A stretch of 64,000 nt of DNA from the human T2T-CHM13v2.0 reference genome, Homo sapiens, in the NCBI RefSeq assembly GCF_009914755.1, contig NC_060934.1; one strand, written 5' to 3'. Shown here one piece after another: positions 41,913 to 56,899 of this stretch; within the stretch, counting starts at the first letter, position 1, and every line of letters begins with the position of its first letter. The position numbers and the translations under genes were made by a program. A model generated the notes under the pieces. That model had not been told where the DNA came from and made no database searches. It saw only the letters and a program-made list of their open reading frames with translations.

Positions 41913-43429
41913 TGAGGCTTTCTGAGCCGATCCATCTCTGTGCAGGGAGTCTGGAATCTGCTCCTTATCTGGGGTCAGATGAGAAGAATGTCCCAGGTCA
42001 TGCAGTCTGCATCCAGATGGCATCTGAGATGTTCAAATGAGGAATGGCTCCTGCCCGTTTATCACTCGGTCATTTACAAACTATGGACAGCCTGCTCTGT
42101 GCCTGCCTGGTGGGACATGGAGCCCACCGATGCTCAAACACAACTTGCTGGGGCCTCACAGCCCAGGGGAGAGAAGCACACTCCTTTATGAAAGATACAT
42201 GTGTGTGTCATCAAGAATTAGTTTGAAACTAGCTTTAAATGCAGTTTAATTAATAGCATCTTAATTACCCGGAAAAACAATGCTCTGGTAATTCTTCTTG
42301 GCACTCAAAGCAGACCATGTTTTCAACTGGGTTGGAGTGCCTGGTTGATCGGCCCCACAGACATCCCCCCACGCCTGTCCCCCACACACCTGTGGGATGC
42401 ACACAGCTGAAGGCTACACCTGAATTCCTATCTCTAGCTACAAAGTATCCAAGTCCCTGCCATGTCACCATCTGGAGCTCCAGGCCTATCTAGAGGACAC
42501 CCCTCCCCTACTCAGACAGCCATGAGTCAGGCTTCCCTGCAGAACCTGACCAATATGGCCAGTGGGCCAGAGTTAGGGTCAGTCAGGGATGTCCCTCACC
42601 CCTGCCCACACCACAAGGAGCCAGTTCTTCCCATCACGAAGTAAGCCTTTTCTCCAGGCCCCTTCTGTGACATCACTAGGAGTTTGGGGTCTGGTCCTCT
42701 CAGGATCTCGAGTCAACATTCCAGACTTTTTCTCTCATGGAGACCTCATCTTGCCACATGGACACTGTGTAGGCTACCAAGCTCCCTCAGATGTGTTTTA
42801 ACATCCTGTATCTCAACAAGAGAGAATCAGAACTCTGGTCACTTAGCTTCCTGAGAGACCCTCCAAAGAAAGCCACCTTTGGTGTGTTCCTTCTGCATGG
42901 GTCAGGCACGGCACCAGGTGCTGGGACACGGTGATGACAGATCTGAGAGGGTCACAGACCATGTGTGTGACACACTGTCCGACCGTGATCACATGTAGTG
43001 ATAGGGGCGGCATTGCCAAGCAGCCCGCTGTTCGTGGCCCAGGACTGCCCACGTGACCACCATTCCTCCTGGATGCTGCTCTGGTGCCCTCCCTGCTCTG
43101 CTGGGGCTCTACCAGCTTCCTTTCCAGGTCCCAGCCCCATTCCTGAGCACAAACCACAGGTGAGGTAAGGGTCCCAACACCCCTCACCTCAGCACAAGCC
43201 CACTGTCCCCTGGCTCCTGCAGGGGTGAGAGGAGGGCTCTGGGCAGAGCCACCTGCAGCTGAGGCTGGACACTGGAGGGGATGGTGAATGCTTCAGCTCT
43301 TTCTTCCTGCCTCCACTTCCCAAAGGTGAGGAGCTTGAAGCCACCCCTGAAGCCACTCAGTATGGCCTCTTGTGCTATGAGTCACCCAGCCCCTGGAGCC
43401 CTGATCAATCATTAAAGCTACATTCATGG

Positions 43430-43640
43430 GGTCTCGGCACACAGGCTCTGGGTCCACCTGCCTGGGTTCAGATCCTGGTTCTGTCACTTCCTAGTGGTGC
43501 AGTAAATTACTTCATCTCTCTGTGTGTCAGTTTCATCACATATAAAGTGGGAGAGAATAATAATATGAACGTGATAAGGGTGTTGTGAGGAGCTGCAGGT
43601 TATAAAACCAAATTAGTGTGTTGTGAACTGCATTTAACAA
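43430..43640 (+). mobile_element. MIR
   Basis: cctgggttcagatcctggttctgtcacttcctag...cagtttcatcacatataaagtgg. Confidence 0.75.
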
Positions 43641-43841
43641 ATAAAATGAATAAAAGAGCATGCCTCACTTCAGAGAGGTTGGTATGCATGTGTGGCGCAA
43701 ACCATTCCAGGTGTTTTTCTGCCTGAGGTCCCATTGTTTGGGCTTGGGAGATATGAGATGGATTCAACACAGGCCAAGAGCCCTTCATGACAAGACTGGG
43801 GTGGAGGCATGTGCACAGGGGCCAGCACTCGCCTGTGTTGA

Positions 43842-44394
<553 letters not shown>

Positions 44395-46717
44395 TGGAAG
44401 AGCTACATTTCTAAAGGTTGACTCAGGGAGCAATTTGGGGGATCAGGAGCTGGTGTCAACACCGGGTGAGGGGATTTGCCAACAGGCTACTGCAATAGCC
44501 CCAGCAAGAGCTCTTAAGGACACAGGTCAGAATGTCTAGAGAAAGAAGAGATAAAGGGTGCCCAGCCCTCTGTACTTGGGGCTGAAAAGTCCCCCTTACC
44601 CAAGGGAGGACACCTACATTGACCCTGCACACAGGTCAGAGGGACTATGGAAAGAGAAGGCCACAGAGGAAGCCCTCAGACCTCCAAGCACCAAAGCCAC
44701 ACAGCCAAGTGGATGAAGAACTCATGAGCGTGAGTCAGATGGCCTGTGTCTCGGCACATTACTCATCCACCTGTGCTGCCAATTTTCAACTGATAAAATG
44801 GGGCCCAGAAGAGGACTGACCTCACAGGGGTGTTCTGAGAGTGAAAGCTAATGACAGTAAAAGCCTTCCGCTGTGTCTGGCACCACGACATCTCCTGACC
44901 TGTCTCTCTCACATCAGACTTGCCTAGACACGGCGGTGGCTGACAGCCTGGGAAGACACACTTCATTGAAACTGGGGGACTTTGCAGGCGCCACTGCTCC
45001 TCTCTGTACCCAGCCTGCAGTGACCATGCAAGCACAGTATGCGTGCTCCTCAGGGCTCAGCCTTCCCACTAGATGGGGCTTCCTCCTGTGTCTCCCCCAT
45101 CTGCATCCAGGAGCCCCTTTCAGCAGAAGCCTGTTTACCTCAAGATAGATGATCTTGAACCCATGGCTTCATTAACAAAGCACACAAGGTAGATGGTTGC
45201 TATCTACCCACCCAGAACAACTGGCTCCTAAACAAGCTTGTCCAATTGATTTTCACTAAGCCCCCCTCTGCCACTGTTTGCCAGGCACTGGGATATAGAG
45301 CAGAGGCATAGCATTTGTCTCCATGGGCATCCTTCCGAGGCAGTCCCCTGCACACAGCCCCACCCTCCCTCTGCCCTGGTGTCCTAGGAGACCCCTGCAC
45401 CAAACCTACACTTTTCCAATATGAAAAGGGAAGTGACCTGGCTGATCAGTGCTGACCTTTCTAATCATGACAAGCTTCGGAATTCAGGAGAGATGGCTGC
45501 AGCCTTCATCTGTCTCCTTGGTTTTCCCAACAAAGCCAACTGACTGTAAAATACAGTTTCCCTTAAACATCTTTTCTGCCTACCTGACTAGTCAACCAGG
45601 GTAGCTGTTTCCTGGTCTCCCCAGGGTGTGTCTGGAGTATTTGTCAAGAACACTTCAACTTCCTTCTAAGTGTCCCTGCATCCACTCCAAACTCAGCAGA
45701 ACTTTGGCATAATGAGAAAGCCCTAAGTCTTTTCAAAACTGACAAACAGGCTTGTTCCTCCATTCCACAGTTATTGATTCAGGGTGTTCTGTGCCAGGCA
45801 GTGAGCCTGGCCACCTCAGCCCCCACCCTCAAGGCTGCATTCAGGGCGAGGAAATTGCCATGTGAACACATCCCCACCATTCAGTGTGATGAGTACAGTA
45901 GTGGATGCGTGATCATAACACAAAGGGGTTGAGGGGTGGGACACAGCTCAATTCGACCATAAAAGATGAATAGGAGTCATCCAGGAAGGCAGGAACTGGT
46001 ATAATTTACAACAGGATCAGCTTACTTTACAAGTAATCTCATTCCATTATACCAAACCCTACAAGGTATTGTCAATGCACCCATTTTATAGATGTGTAAG
46101 TAAGGTTTGGAGAGGTTAAGTAACTTGCACAAGGTCAGAGTTAGAAACTTGCAAAGAAGAGACAACTCTGTAAGATTTTTTAAATAACAGACCCTAGACC
46201 CAGAGCATGAAAGTAAATTTGTTCAAGGTTAGATAGATAGAAGGTGATGGAATCAGGAGTCAAATCCAGGCATCACATTGAGAGCATGGAGGTGGACAGA
46301 TTATAGACAATCTTTTATGTTGAGAATCTGGATCTCCCATTGATGATGAAGAGGCTCTTAAGGGTTTTAATTGATGCAGCAACCTCACATCCACTCTAAT
46401 TCATCCAGCCCAAGAAGTATTAGCCATAGAATCTACTAGTGAAGAAGTAGCAATAATTTTCATCCACAATGTAAATATTTGGGGCAAAGACATTCTGTTT
46501 TAAAATGTTGAGAAAAAGACTAATAGAGAAACAAGTAACAGGCAATTCTCAAAAGAGAAAATACAAATGGCCAATAAACATATAAAAAAGTACTCAGCCA
46601 ATTAAACAATTAAATGATTAAAATGATAATAAATACCATTCTTCTCCCACCAGATTGATAAAATGGAAAAAGACAGATAAGAGCAAATATTGGCATGAAT
46701 ATGAGGAATTGTGTACA

Positions 46718-47120
46718 AACATCTGCCACTTACACGTGGTATGACATGATTTTTCAACTTTGCAGTGGTGCAAAAGTGATATGCATTCAGTAGTAACCAT
46801 ACTTCAGATTTTGAATTTTGATATTTTCCGGTCTAGTGATATGCTGTACTATACTCTCAAGATGCTGGGGCAGAGGCCACGAGCCACAACTCCCAGTCAG
46901 CCATGCAATTACAAGAGAAAACACCCAATACTCCATGATGTGTGACCAGATGATTTTGCCCAATTGTTAGCTAATGGAAGCTTTTTGAGCATGTTTAGGG
47001 TAGGCTAAGCTATGATGTTCTGTACATTATGTGTATTAAATGCATTTTCCACTTAACAATATTTTCAGCTTCCAGTGGGTTTATCAGGACATAGTCCCAT
47101 CATAAGTGGAGGAGGATCTA
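46718..47120. mobile_element. Tigger4 (Zombi/MER46)-like MITE within an old L1ME remnant
   Basis: End ...aaatgcattttccactt...gggtttatcaggacatagtcccatcataagtggaggag resembles the Tigger4 terminus. Confidence 0.65.
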
Positions 47121-49339
47121 TACTCCTATATGCTGTTTGTGGGAGGACAAGGGAGATACATTTATACTACCACTTTATAGGGCCATTTGGAGACTTAAAC
47201 TTTAAAATGTGGAGACTGCTAGAATTGACCCAGCAGTCTCCATTGTTTTTCTATCACTTGGGGAAGCACCTCCACACAAACACAAGGAAATCCATCTCAA
47301 TACTGTAACACCTAGAAATCAGACCTGACCCAATGCCCATCCATAGGGGACAGCTGAAAATACTGGGGCATGTTCATAGCCAGAAATACTCTGCATCGGC
47401 AGCTGAGAAAATCCAACTATTTCTACGTAGGCTAAAATGGATATAATGTTGAGTGGAAAACAAGAGAAATACAGAATGATACATATATAACGAAATTTAT
47501 GTGAATATGTACTTGTTTAAGTATAATGCCACTCATGTTAAATTTTATATGAGCTCATATGTATGTATGGAAACAAATTTAGAAAGGGTTTGGAAAACGC
47601 ACACCAAAGCAGTAAGGGTGGTGGCATCTGAGAGGTGACCACCACTCAGAACTTTCATGGTGCTCTGATTTCTATGAAAAGAATGCATATATGTATGAAT
47701 TACATGATTAATTTTCATTCTAATAAATGTAGAGATGGATTTTTAAAAACCACTGACACATCAGTTCTCATGCAAAATGCTATGGCCAGTGCTGTGCAGA
47801 ATGCCTAACAAGCAGAATACAGATCTTGTCTGCAAGGGGCTCTGAGGTGTAGGGGAACACCTCCAACATTGTGTGGGATACATTTCAGAAGAGGAGTAGA
47901 AAATTTGATTGGATGGGGGCATGTTCACAATGTATTGGGAATCAGGGAAGAATATGGCAACCAAGGAGAGGCAAAACTGGGCAGGAACCAAGGCAACATT
48001 GATTGAAAGGTGTGGAGGGAGGAGCTCCTGGGGCCTGTAAGGGAAGATGAAGATGGGAAGGGTGGGAGGCATTGTGGAAGGAAGGCCACCATGTGGGGAG
48101 ATGATGCTGACTCCAGTCCCAGGCAGCAGGGGTCCCTGAGAGGTCTGTGAACAGACTGGAAGCTTGCCTGAAACTTTGCAGAGAAAAGAAGCTTGGCATC
48201 CCTGCAGGGGTGGATTGTCAGGGTCTGGAGGCAAGGGACAAGTGAAGGGATTAACTGTCCCACTGTGGGGGAAGATGTAGGATCTGGGCTGGGGGCAGGC
48301 AGGGAGTGGTCTCAATGGAGGAGGGAAATGAATCTGAGACATTAATTGGATTGAGACGGAAAGAAAGTGGAGAGAACAGAAACCAAAGGGATTTGGAGGC
48401 CATGCTTCCAACGAATGATTCATAGTTAGTGTCAGGGAGCCAGAAAAAAAGCAAGTGAGCAAGGTCCTGTCCCTGGGAGCTGTAGAGAGGAGCCCTGGGG
48501 CCCACCCACAAAGCAGCACCTGCAGTCTCTTTCCCTCTCGAAGCCCAGCTATGTTGTGCACAAAGCAAGTCTGGGCACCGAGGACAGGCTGGCCAAGGGC
48601 AGGCAGGCAGGCACGTAGTCCTCTGGCTTCCAGCCACCACACTCACAGGTTTCTGGGAAAGGCTGACTGGGGCCACTTTGTTCCTTTGAATCTGAGAATA
48701 TATGACTGGGGAAGCCTAAATTAATTAAATGATGCTGAGGCCCGCCTGAGCCGGTGCACAGGGGATGGGTTATGGAGCCCTGAGCAAACTGCACCCCCAG
48801 CCCCCAGTGCTGGAATCCAGAGAGGCTCATGAGCTCGATTGGAACGAAGCCTGTGCTTAAGTGCTTCCAGAGAGACAAAGAAATAATAAATCAGGAGCAG
48901 GTGCCCCACCCACACACTGCCATCACCAACACCAGCCTGCTTCTCCACAGAAATACAGTGGTTTCACCTCTCTGGAACCAGATGTTTCAGGGAAGCAACA
49001 AATGGCAAAGCCCTGGAAATGACATGGCCCCACAACCTTCTCAGAAATGAGGCCAGGCTGGGCTGGCACCTCCATCCACAGCAGCACCCCACCACCACAA
49101 CCCACCCAAGACCTCCAAACACCCCCTAGACCTCACCCAGGCACTGGTGCAGCATGGCTATCCTTCCACCCCTCCCAAACTCCCACACACCAGGACTCCC
49201 CCATCCCCAGCAAGCCCCCCTCCCCTGACAGGGCACTGATCCAGCAAGGAAGAAATTTTAGTCCATCAGACTGTGGACACAGTTGTATCTTGTGGATAAA
49301 ATGAGAAGAAGTGTTGTCAGCTAGAAATCACCAATTTGT

Positions 49340-49660
49340 CTCTATCCATATAAAATAATAACAATTAAACTCCTACTAGGTATCAAGCATTGGGCTAGAC
49401 ATGTTCAAGTGAGCTATCTCGCAGTCTTTAGCCATCCTGCAGCAGGGCCACATGGTGGCTGGGAGCAGGAAGCTGGAACTAAATCACCTGCATGGGAATC
49501 CCATCTTTACCACTTGTGAGCTCTCTGACTGAATACATTACTTTACCTAAGTGTCTTTGCCTATAAGAAAGTAATATGAAGGTTGGTGAGAGAATTCAAT
49601 GAGTTAGTGCTTATCAAATGCTTAGAACGGTGCCTGATGCCTTATAAGCTCTACTATGTG
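49340..49660. mobile_element. MIR fragments
   Basis: gggaatcccatctttaccacttgtgagc...gttggtgagagaattcaatgagttag...cttagaacggtgcctg. Confidence 0.6.
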
Positions 49661-49931
49661 TCTAGTAAATACGTTCCTTCCTTCCTCTACTCATTCAACT
49701 TTAATTGAGTACCAGATATGAACGCTGCCCTAACAGCTGCTATTTCTGGTTGAGAAAGGAGAGAAAAATGCTTCCGTTTTCTCCTACAGGATTGGACAGG
49801 AAGTTCTCTGTTGCCTGCAAGTTATGCTCAGATAGAGGAGTCCGGAAAGGAATTTACCAAGCGTTCAAGTGAAGAGGAAGCCAGAGGGGCGGGGCCTCCG
49901 TGGGAGGCTTCTTGGTTGCGGTGGGGCCGGG

Positions 49932-49952
49932 GCCAGCACCCTGGACAGCTCC
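49932..49952 (+). promoter_or_regulatory. RE1/NRSE (REST/NRSF site) of the cholinergic locus
   Basis: GCCAGCACCCTGGACAGCTCC matches consensus TTCAGCACCACGGACAGCGCC at 16/21, with both half-sites intact and a 2-nt spacer; ~2 kb upstream of the R exon. Confidence 0.9.
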
Positions 49953-51479
49953 CGGCGGCTGGCGGGGAGAAGAGGCTTTGCCAGGTCCCATCTCGGCTCA
50001 GACCCTCCCGTAGCCTTTTGCTGCAGGGGCCTGACGCCTCCTTGCAACCCCGGCACTCCCGTATTTGGAGCCACGATGGATTGGGGGGGCGTTGCCCTCT
50101 GATCTGAAAGTTAGAGAATGAGGGAGTTTAGTGTCTTTGGAGCCTCCTTAGGGAGCCAGCCCAGGACCTTCCTCCTCCCATGGGTCTTGATCTGCTCCTC
50201 ACCCCTACACTGCCAGCGTGCGGCCACCTTGGAGATGGAGCAGCAGGAGCACGACGCCGTGCCGGGAATAGAGAAGCAGTGTGAGGACCACAAGACAGGT
50301 CCCCCAGCCTGGGTTTAATTCCAGGATCTGCTGCTGGGAGCTTGGGCAAGCACCCAGCATCTCCACGCCCAGCTTCCTCACCTGATAAGACCAGGGGAAT
50401 AGCACCTACACTGCACCAGGATTGCAGGAGAATGGAGTAAAACAGCACACACAATACTCCTGGCACAAAGCAAGTAATAAATGAGTGTGCCTCCTGCCAT
50501 ACAGGAACCGAGGACTGGAGAGCTAGTCATGAGCCCAGAGATACCTGGCTTCATGCTCAGGAACAGCCATGTGGGCCAGAGGGCTGGAGATGTGGTCTGC
50601 ACCTTGAAGGCCCTGGGAAAGTTCCTGTCCTCTATGATTCCTCTGTTCTTCAGCCACTAGACATAAAAAAAAATTGTCCTTCAAGTCCTCCTTCCTCCTT
50701 TCTTTAATCAGACAGGGGAAATAGCATGTGCATAAATAATAATTGTTTTGTAGGCTGGGAGACTGCCCCTTTAAGAGCCTCATAATGGGAGAGTCAGAAG
50801 AGCCCAGAGGTCTCAAACGGAAATGACTGGAGAACCAGCAAGTGGCATAAGTGTGTGAAGTCAGCTGGGGCGAGATTGGGATGTGCTGGAGAGTGTGCAT
50901 GTACTGACGAAAGGCCATCAAATACAATTTAAAATAATTAGCCCACTCCAAAGAGTCTTCTGCAGCACGCACTTCTGCTAAGGGCTGCAGTGAGTGGGCT
51001 CTCACCTCAACCTGAACCAGACGGAGGCTGAGGCTGGGCCCCACTGAGGGGCTGTGACTTGCCCAAGGTCATCCAGGGCCAGGCCTGTGCCCACATTGGG
51101 ACTCTTTTCCTCCCTCAGACAGAGGGCACTTCAGTCACTGCAGAGCAGGTGGCAGCAGCCCTTCAGTGGATGAGTTTCTCCTTTCCCAGGGTGACTGGGT
51201 GGGTGAAGGAATTGAGCAACAGGTGGCCAGGCTGCCGCCTCTCACCCTGACACATTGGTCCCCATCCCCTCATCCTACAGCCATCTCAGGGACAGATGGA
51301 GACATTCCAATGCCCTCCGGGTCCTCCACCAACCCAGACAGAGCCTGGAGTCACAATGCCCACCTAGCCAGAGGGATCAGCCAGCTAGCCAAGTGCCCCC
51401 TGTGTCTTTCATCTGTTCTTCACAAGACCCACAAGTGAAAAATGAGGATAAACCGCACATTCTACACACGATAACAACA

Positions 51480-51680
51480 TAGCAAGTCCTTATACTGCTC
51501 TTACTGTGTGCCCGGCCCCCTTAGCAGTAGGTACTATTATTATTCAATTTTACAAAGAAACTAACTGAGGGACAGAGAGGCAAAGTAATTCCCTGCAGGT
51601 ACTCTAATGAGTACGTGGCAGAGCTGGGAGCCATCCTGGTTGTCTGCCTCGAAAGACCACACTCTTTGCACTGCATCGCG
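51480..51680 (-). mobile_element. MIR just upstream of the R exon
   Basis: gtaggtactattattattcaattttaca...aactgagggacagagagg...gtggcagagctggga. Confidence 0.65.
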
Positions 51681-51900
51681 GCACTTCCTGCGGGGTGGGG
51701 GGCACAATGGGAGAAGCATCTGCGTCTAATGCTGCTTTACTTTTGAGGCCAGAAAAATGGGAAGGCTCCCCTCTGACTCTGGAAGAGAGACGCAAACCGT
51801 AATCTCAACAACACAATCCCCACCTCCAACCTCAGCCGCCCTGGAGCCTCTCTCCCGCCAGTCCGCCCACTGGAACACGGGTTCCATGTGCCATCCAGGG

Positions 51901-52005
51901 TCAACGCCGCTCTGGGGACGCGTCAGGCCCAGCGCACAGCCTGGGCAGCTCAGCCTGTCAGCTGAGCACGGGCGCCTCAAGGGGTGCGGCCCTCTCAGAA
52001 GGAAG
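51901..52005 (+). other. CHAT: Non-coding R exon (shared CHAT/SLC18A3 first exon); 5' end approximate
   Basis: Consensus donor GAAG|GTGAGT at 52005/52006, ~1.5 kb upstream of the VAChT ATG at the CpG island edge; matches known locus organisation. Confidence 0.75.
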
Positions 52006-53405
52006 GTGAGTCTCCCTGGAGCCCCTGACGACAGCGAAGCGGCTGGGCGCTCTCCGGGGAGTGGGCGCGGCACCCAAGAAGGGTTTCTTACAGTTCCAAG
52101 AGAGGACCCCAGCCACAGTCACTCCAGAGCCCACCCGGGGCTTGGAGGAGGCTCTGGAAAATGAGGGATGGGGGAGTGTGCAGAACAGGGGGCGGAGGCT
52201 GGCAGGAGCCGAGGGAGGGCTTGGTCGGGTGCGAAGAGTGCCTGGGAGGAGTTAGAGTGGGGAGGGGGTGCGGCGGCGGGGAGAGAAGAGGCGGAGCTGG
52301 GGGACCAGACCGCTAAAGGAGAAAGGGGGATTCCAGGCAAGGGGAATGTGGCCAGGCAGTGCGGGAGGGCGGCAGCGGCCAGGCTAATATTCGCGACCCC
52401 GACTGGGGCGCGGCAACTTCTGCCCTCAGTCCCCACAAGCTCCCGGCCGCGATTCGCGGCCGAGAAATTCTGCGGAGGGGCCGGTGGGTCAGAGCCAGGC
52501 CAGGCAGTTGCTGAGCCTTCCCCTCCCCTCCTGGCGGGAGTGTGTGTGCAAGGGGCCAGGGGGCGGAGTCGGAGAAAGGGTTGGGGGTGTCCGTGTCCAG
52601 CGCTCCTCCGGACGCGGCTCCACAATCCAGCTGCGAGAACAGATGGACGCAGCGGCGGCTCACCTCGGGGGCTTCCTGCTCGCTGTGCGCCGAGGTCCAG
52701 GCTGAAGCGGAGATCGCAAGCCTCTGGCTCCCGCCTCTCCCAAGGGGCCTCGAGGAACCGGCTGCCGCGCTCCCTTCCCCAAGAGGAGAAGAGCGGGCGC
52801 TGACCCCGCGAGTCCTAGAACCGCGGGCGGGGGGCAGGCAGGGGGCGGGGGGCAGAGGGCCAGCTACCGGCGCGGAACGCCCATCCCAGGGGCTGGTTCA
52901 AGACTTCCACACCGAGAGCCCTTCCTGGGCCTCCAGCCCTGGAGCATCTGGAGAGCGGACCCCTGCCCGGCCACGCCCCGCCCCCGGCCCCCGCCCCGCC
53001 GACGTCGCATTAGCATGAGCGACGTAAGTGGCCCGGGCACCACTCGGGGGCTGGGACTCGCCGCGTCACAGCCCCGAGTGGAAGGGAAAAAAAAAGAGGA
53101 GGCGGCGGAGGAGGCAAGAGCCGACGCGAGGGGAGGGGAGCGCAGCGGCGGGGCTAACGGGCGGGCAAGCGGGCGGGCGGCAACAGCATGTCCCTCGGCC
53201 AGCGCGGGCGGCCTCTTAGCGCGGCGGGGGCTGCTCTGGGCGCGCCCCGGGCGAAGTGCGCCCAGTCTCCGGCCCCGGCCCCTCGGCGCGCCCGACTTCC
53301 CGGCCGCCCCTGAGCCCAGCAGCCGCGGGTCCCGGGATCGGCTAAGAGTAGCTGCAACGCCTCGCCGGACGGAGTCCTTTCCTTTCCCGGGACGCTGGGC
53401 CATGA

Positions 53406-55145
<1,740 letters not shown>

Positions 55146-55503
55146 CATCCCCACTCCTCCTCCAGCCCACCCAACCGCCTTGGGTCAAGGGGGCTGCTCT
55201 GCAAGCCCACTGGCCAGCTCTGGCTCAGGGCCCACCTCCTCCAGCGAGTACCCCAGCCACTCCTCAACCTTGACTTCTGCCCAAATCCCCTCCCTGTGAC
55301 CCGTTCCATATCCCTTTCTCTCTTGTCCAATGGGGCTTGGAGCACCGAGGCCAGCGAAGCCATCGCGCTCCTTGCGGAGGTGAAGAGGACCCTGAGTCCC
55401 CACCTGCGGCTCCCCTGTGTAGAGCCTGCATCTGTCTGTCCTTCCTTCCATTGCTCCCAGTGCCAAACTTGGGCCGCTGCACCGCGGCGCCTCCGCCCAA
55501 ATC

Positions 55504-55509
55504 AATAAA
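55504..55509 (+). terminator. SLC18A3: SLC18A3 polyadenylation signal
   Basis: AATAAA ~360 nt after the stop codon, followed by GT-rich ctgtgtctgtc. Confidence 0.85.
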
Positions 55510-55899
55510 CTGTGTCTGTCCCAGGAGGCCGAGTCTCTTTACTGGTGGGGGGTGCGTGGAGGCGCGCAGGGCCAGAGCAGAGGGGAGGGTGAACTGGGTC
55601 TCCAAGTCCCAATCCAGACCTAAGCCAAACTAACACGTAGGCACCTGTAGCTGTTTTTCTACCTGGAAAAGGGGATAGGAAGGAAGCAAACCCAACAAAG
55701 GCTGTCACCCACGGTCACCAAGGAGCACCATGCTCCCCTCAGCCCAGGATAGACCCTCTTTTCCAGGCCTAGCGCAGAGCCCGGGGATGCCGCCCGGGGG
55801 AGCCTGAGGACCCGCTCCAGCTAGGCACGCCAGGCCCCGCCCTTTGAGGACACGCCCCACACCAGCCTCAGAGCTCTGAGGTGCCTGGGCTGAGCTTCC

Positions 55900-56010
55900 C
55901 TTCAGACCAGAATCCCGCCCCGTTGAGGCTTTGAGAAAGGAGTAGGAGCCTAGCATTCCGGCAGAGGAAGAAAAACGGCCCATCTTTTAGAGTCCGACCT
56001 CTGGAAATGT
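55900..56010 (+). other. CHAT: Probable CHAT non-coding N exon (boundaries uncertain)
   Basis: GC-box cluster at 55830-55920 just downstream of the SLC18A3 polyA site, in the position expected for the N exon; only weak donor candidates (AAT|GTGTGT) are visible. Confidence 0.35.
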
Positions 56011-56899
56011 GTGTATGATGTGATGTGTGTGTTCATTAGAGAACTTGTCCTAGGAGGAGTGGGGGAGCCGTGGTTGGTGTTTGCTGTATCCCTGTCAGTC
56101 CCGAGGGTCTGAGTCTTGAAGGGAGAGATGCGAGTGTGGGATCTGGTGCCAACCCCCACTGCCACCCTGTCCTGAGTGGGAGCAGCGGCCCAGGACTGTC
56201 AGGAAAGTTTCCCATCCTTAGTCCCAGCCCTGAGAGCCTCAAGCCAGCGTTCGCGCAACACTCCATGTCCCGAAGACCGTAGTCTGATGATCGAGGCAGA
56301 GTCTTCCCATCATAGCGTGAAGAGGCGGCTGGTCAGGGTCGCCTGTGTGTTAGCTGCGCCTGTGAGGGTCTGCTCTGCTGTTGTGCGCATGTCTGTCCTC
56401 GATCTGCGAGTCGGGCTGTGTGTGCCTGGGCGGAGTCTGCCTTTGTCGGTCTGTCTGTGCTATTTCTGTGTGGGGGTCTCTATCTGGGGTGGGGGATGCT
56501 TTTGTCTGAGAGGAGAGCCTGCCTCTTGCCGCAGTCCTTAAGCATCCTCAGGTCTGCCATCAGGATTGTCCCAAGTCTGTAGCACCCCACCTCTGCTCCC
56601 CACCCCATAGTGCCAGCAGGAATGGGATGGTAACAGAAAGGGAAGTCCTGCAGTGAATATTGATCCCAGTTATTGTTTCTTATTATTATTTTGAAAGATG
56701 GTGTAGCAGGGTTTGAGACTGGCCTGGATGGTGGGGAGAGGAGGGCAGCGAGCAGAGACTTCCTCAGACCCAACCCTCTCCAGGATTCAGCAGCAGCACC
56801 CCAAGGCTGGAATAATGGGGTTGGGGAAGTGCGGTGACTGGGAAATGCTGAGCTAGGGGCAGGAGGCATGGGCGGGACAGTGTTCTGTGCCCCCTTCTA

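Noticed and set aside
47761-48642. 293-aa minus-strand ORF
   Set aside because: Non-ATG start, Pro/Leu/Ser-rich composition reflecting a purine-rich + strand, no recognisable domain
53373-53392. Polypyrimidine tract ending in CGG (possible decayed acceptor)
   Set aside because: No AG present; cannot be evaluated without orthologues
55866-55881. 16-bp perfect palindrome CCTCAGAGCTCTGAGG near the N promoter
   Set aside because: About one such palindrome is expected by chance in a window this size
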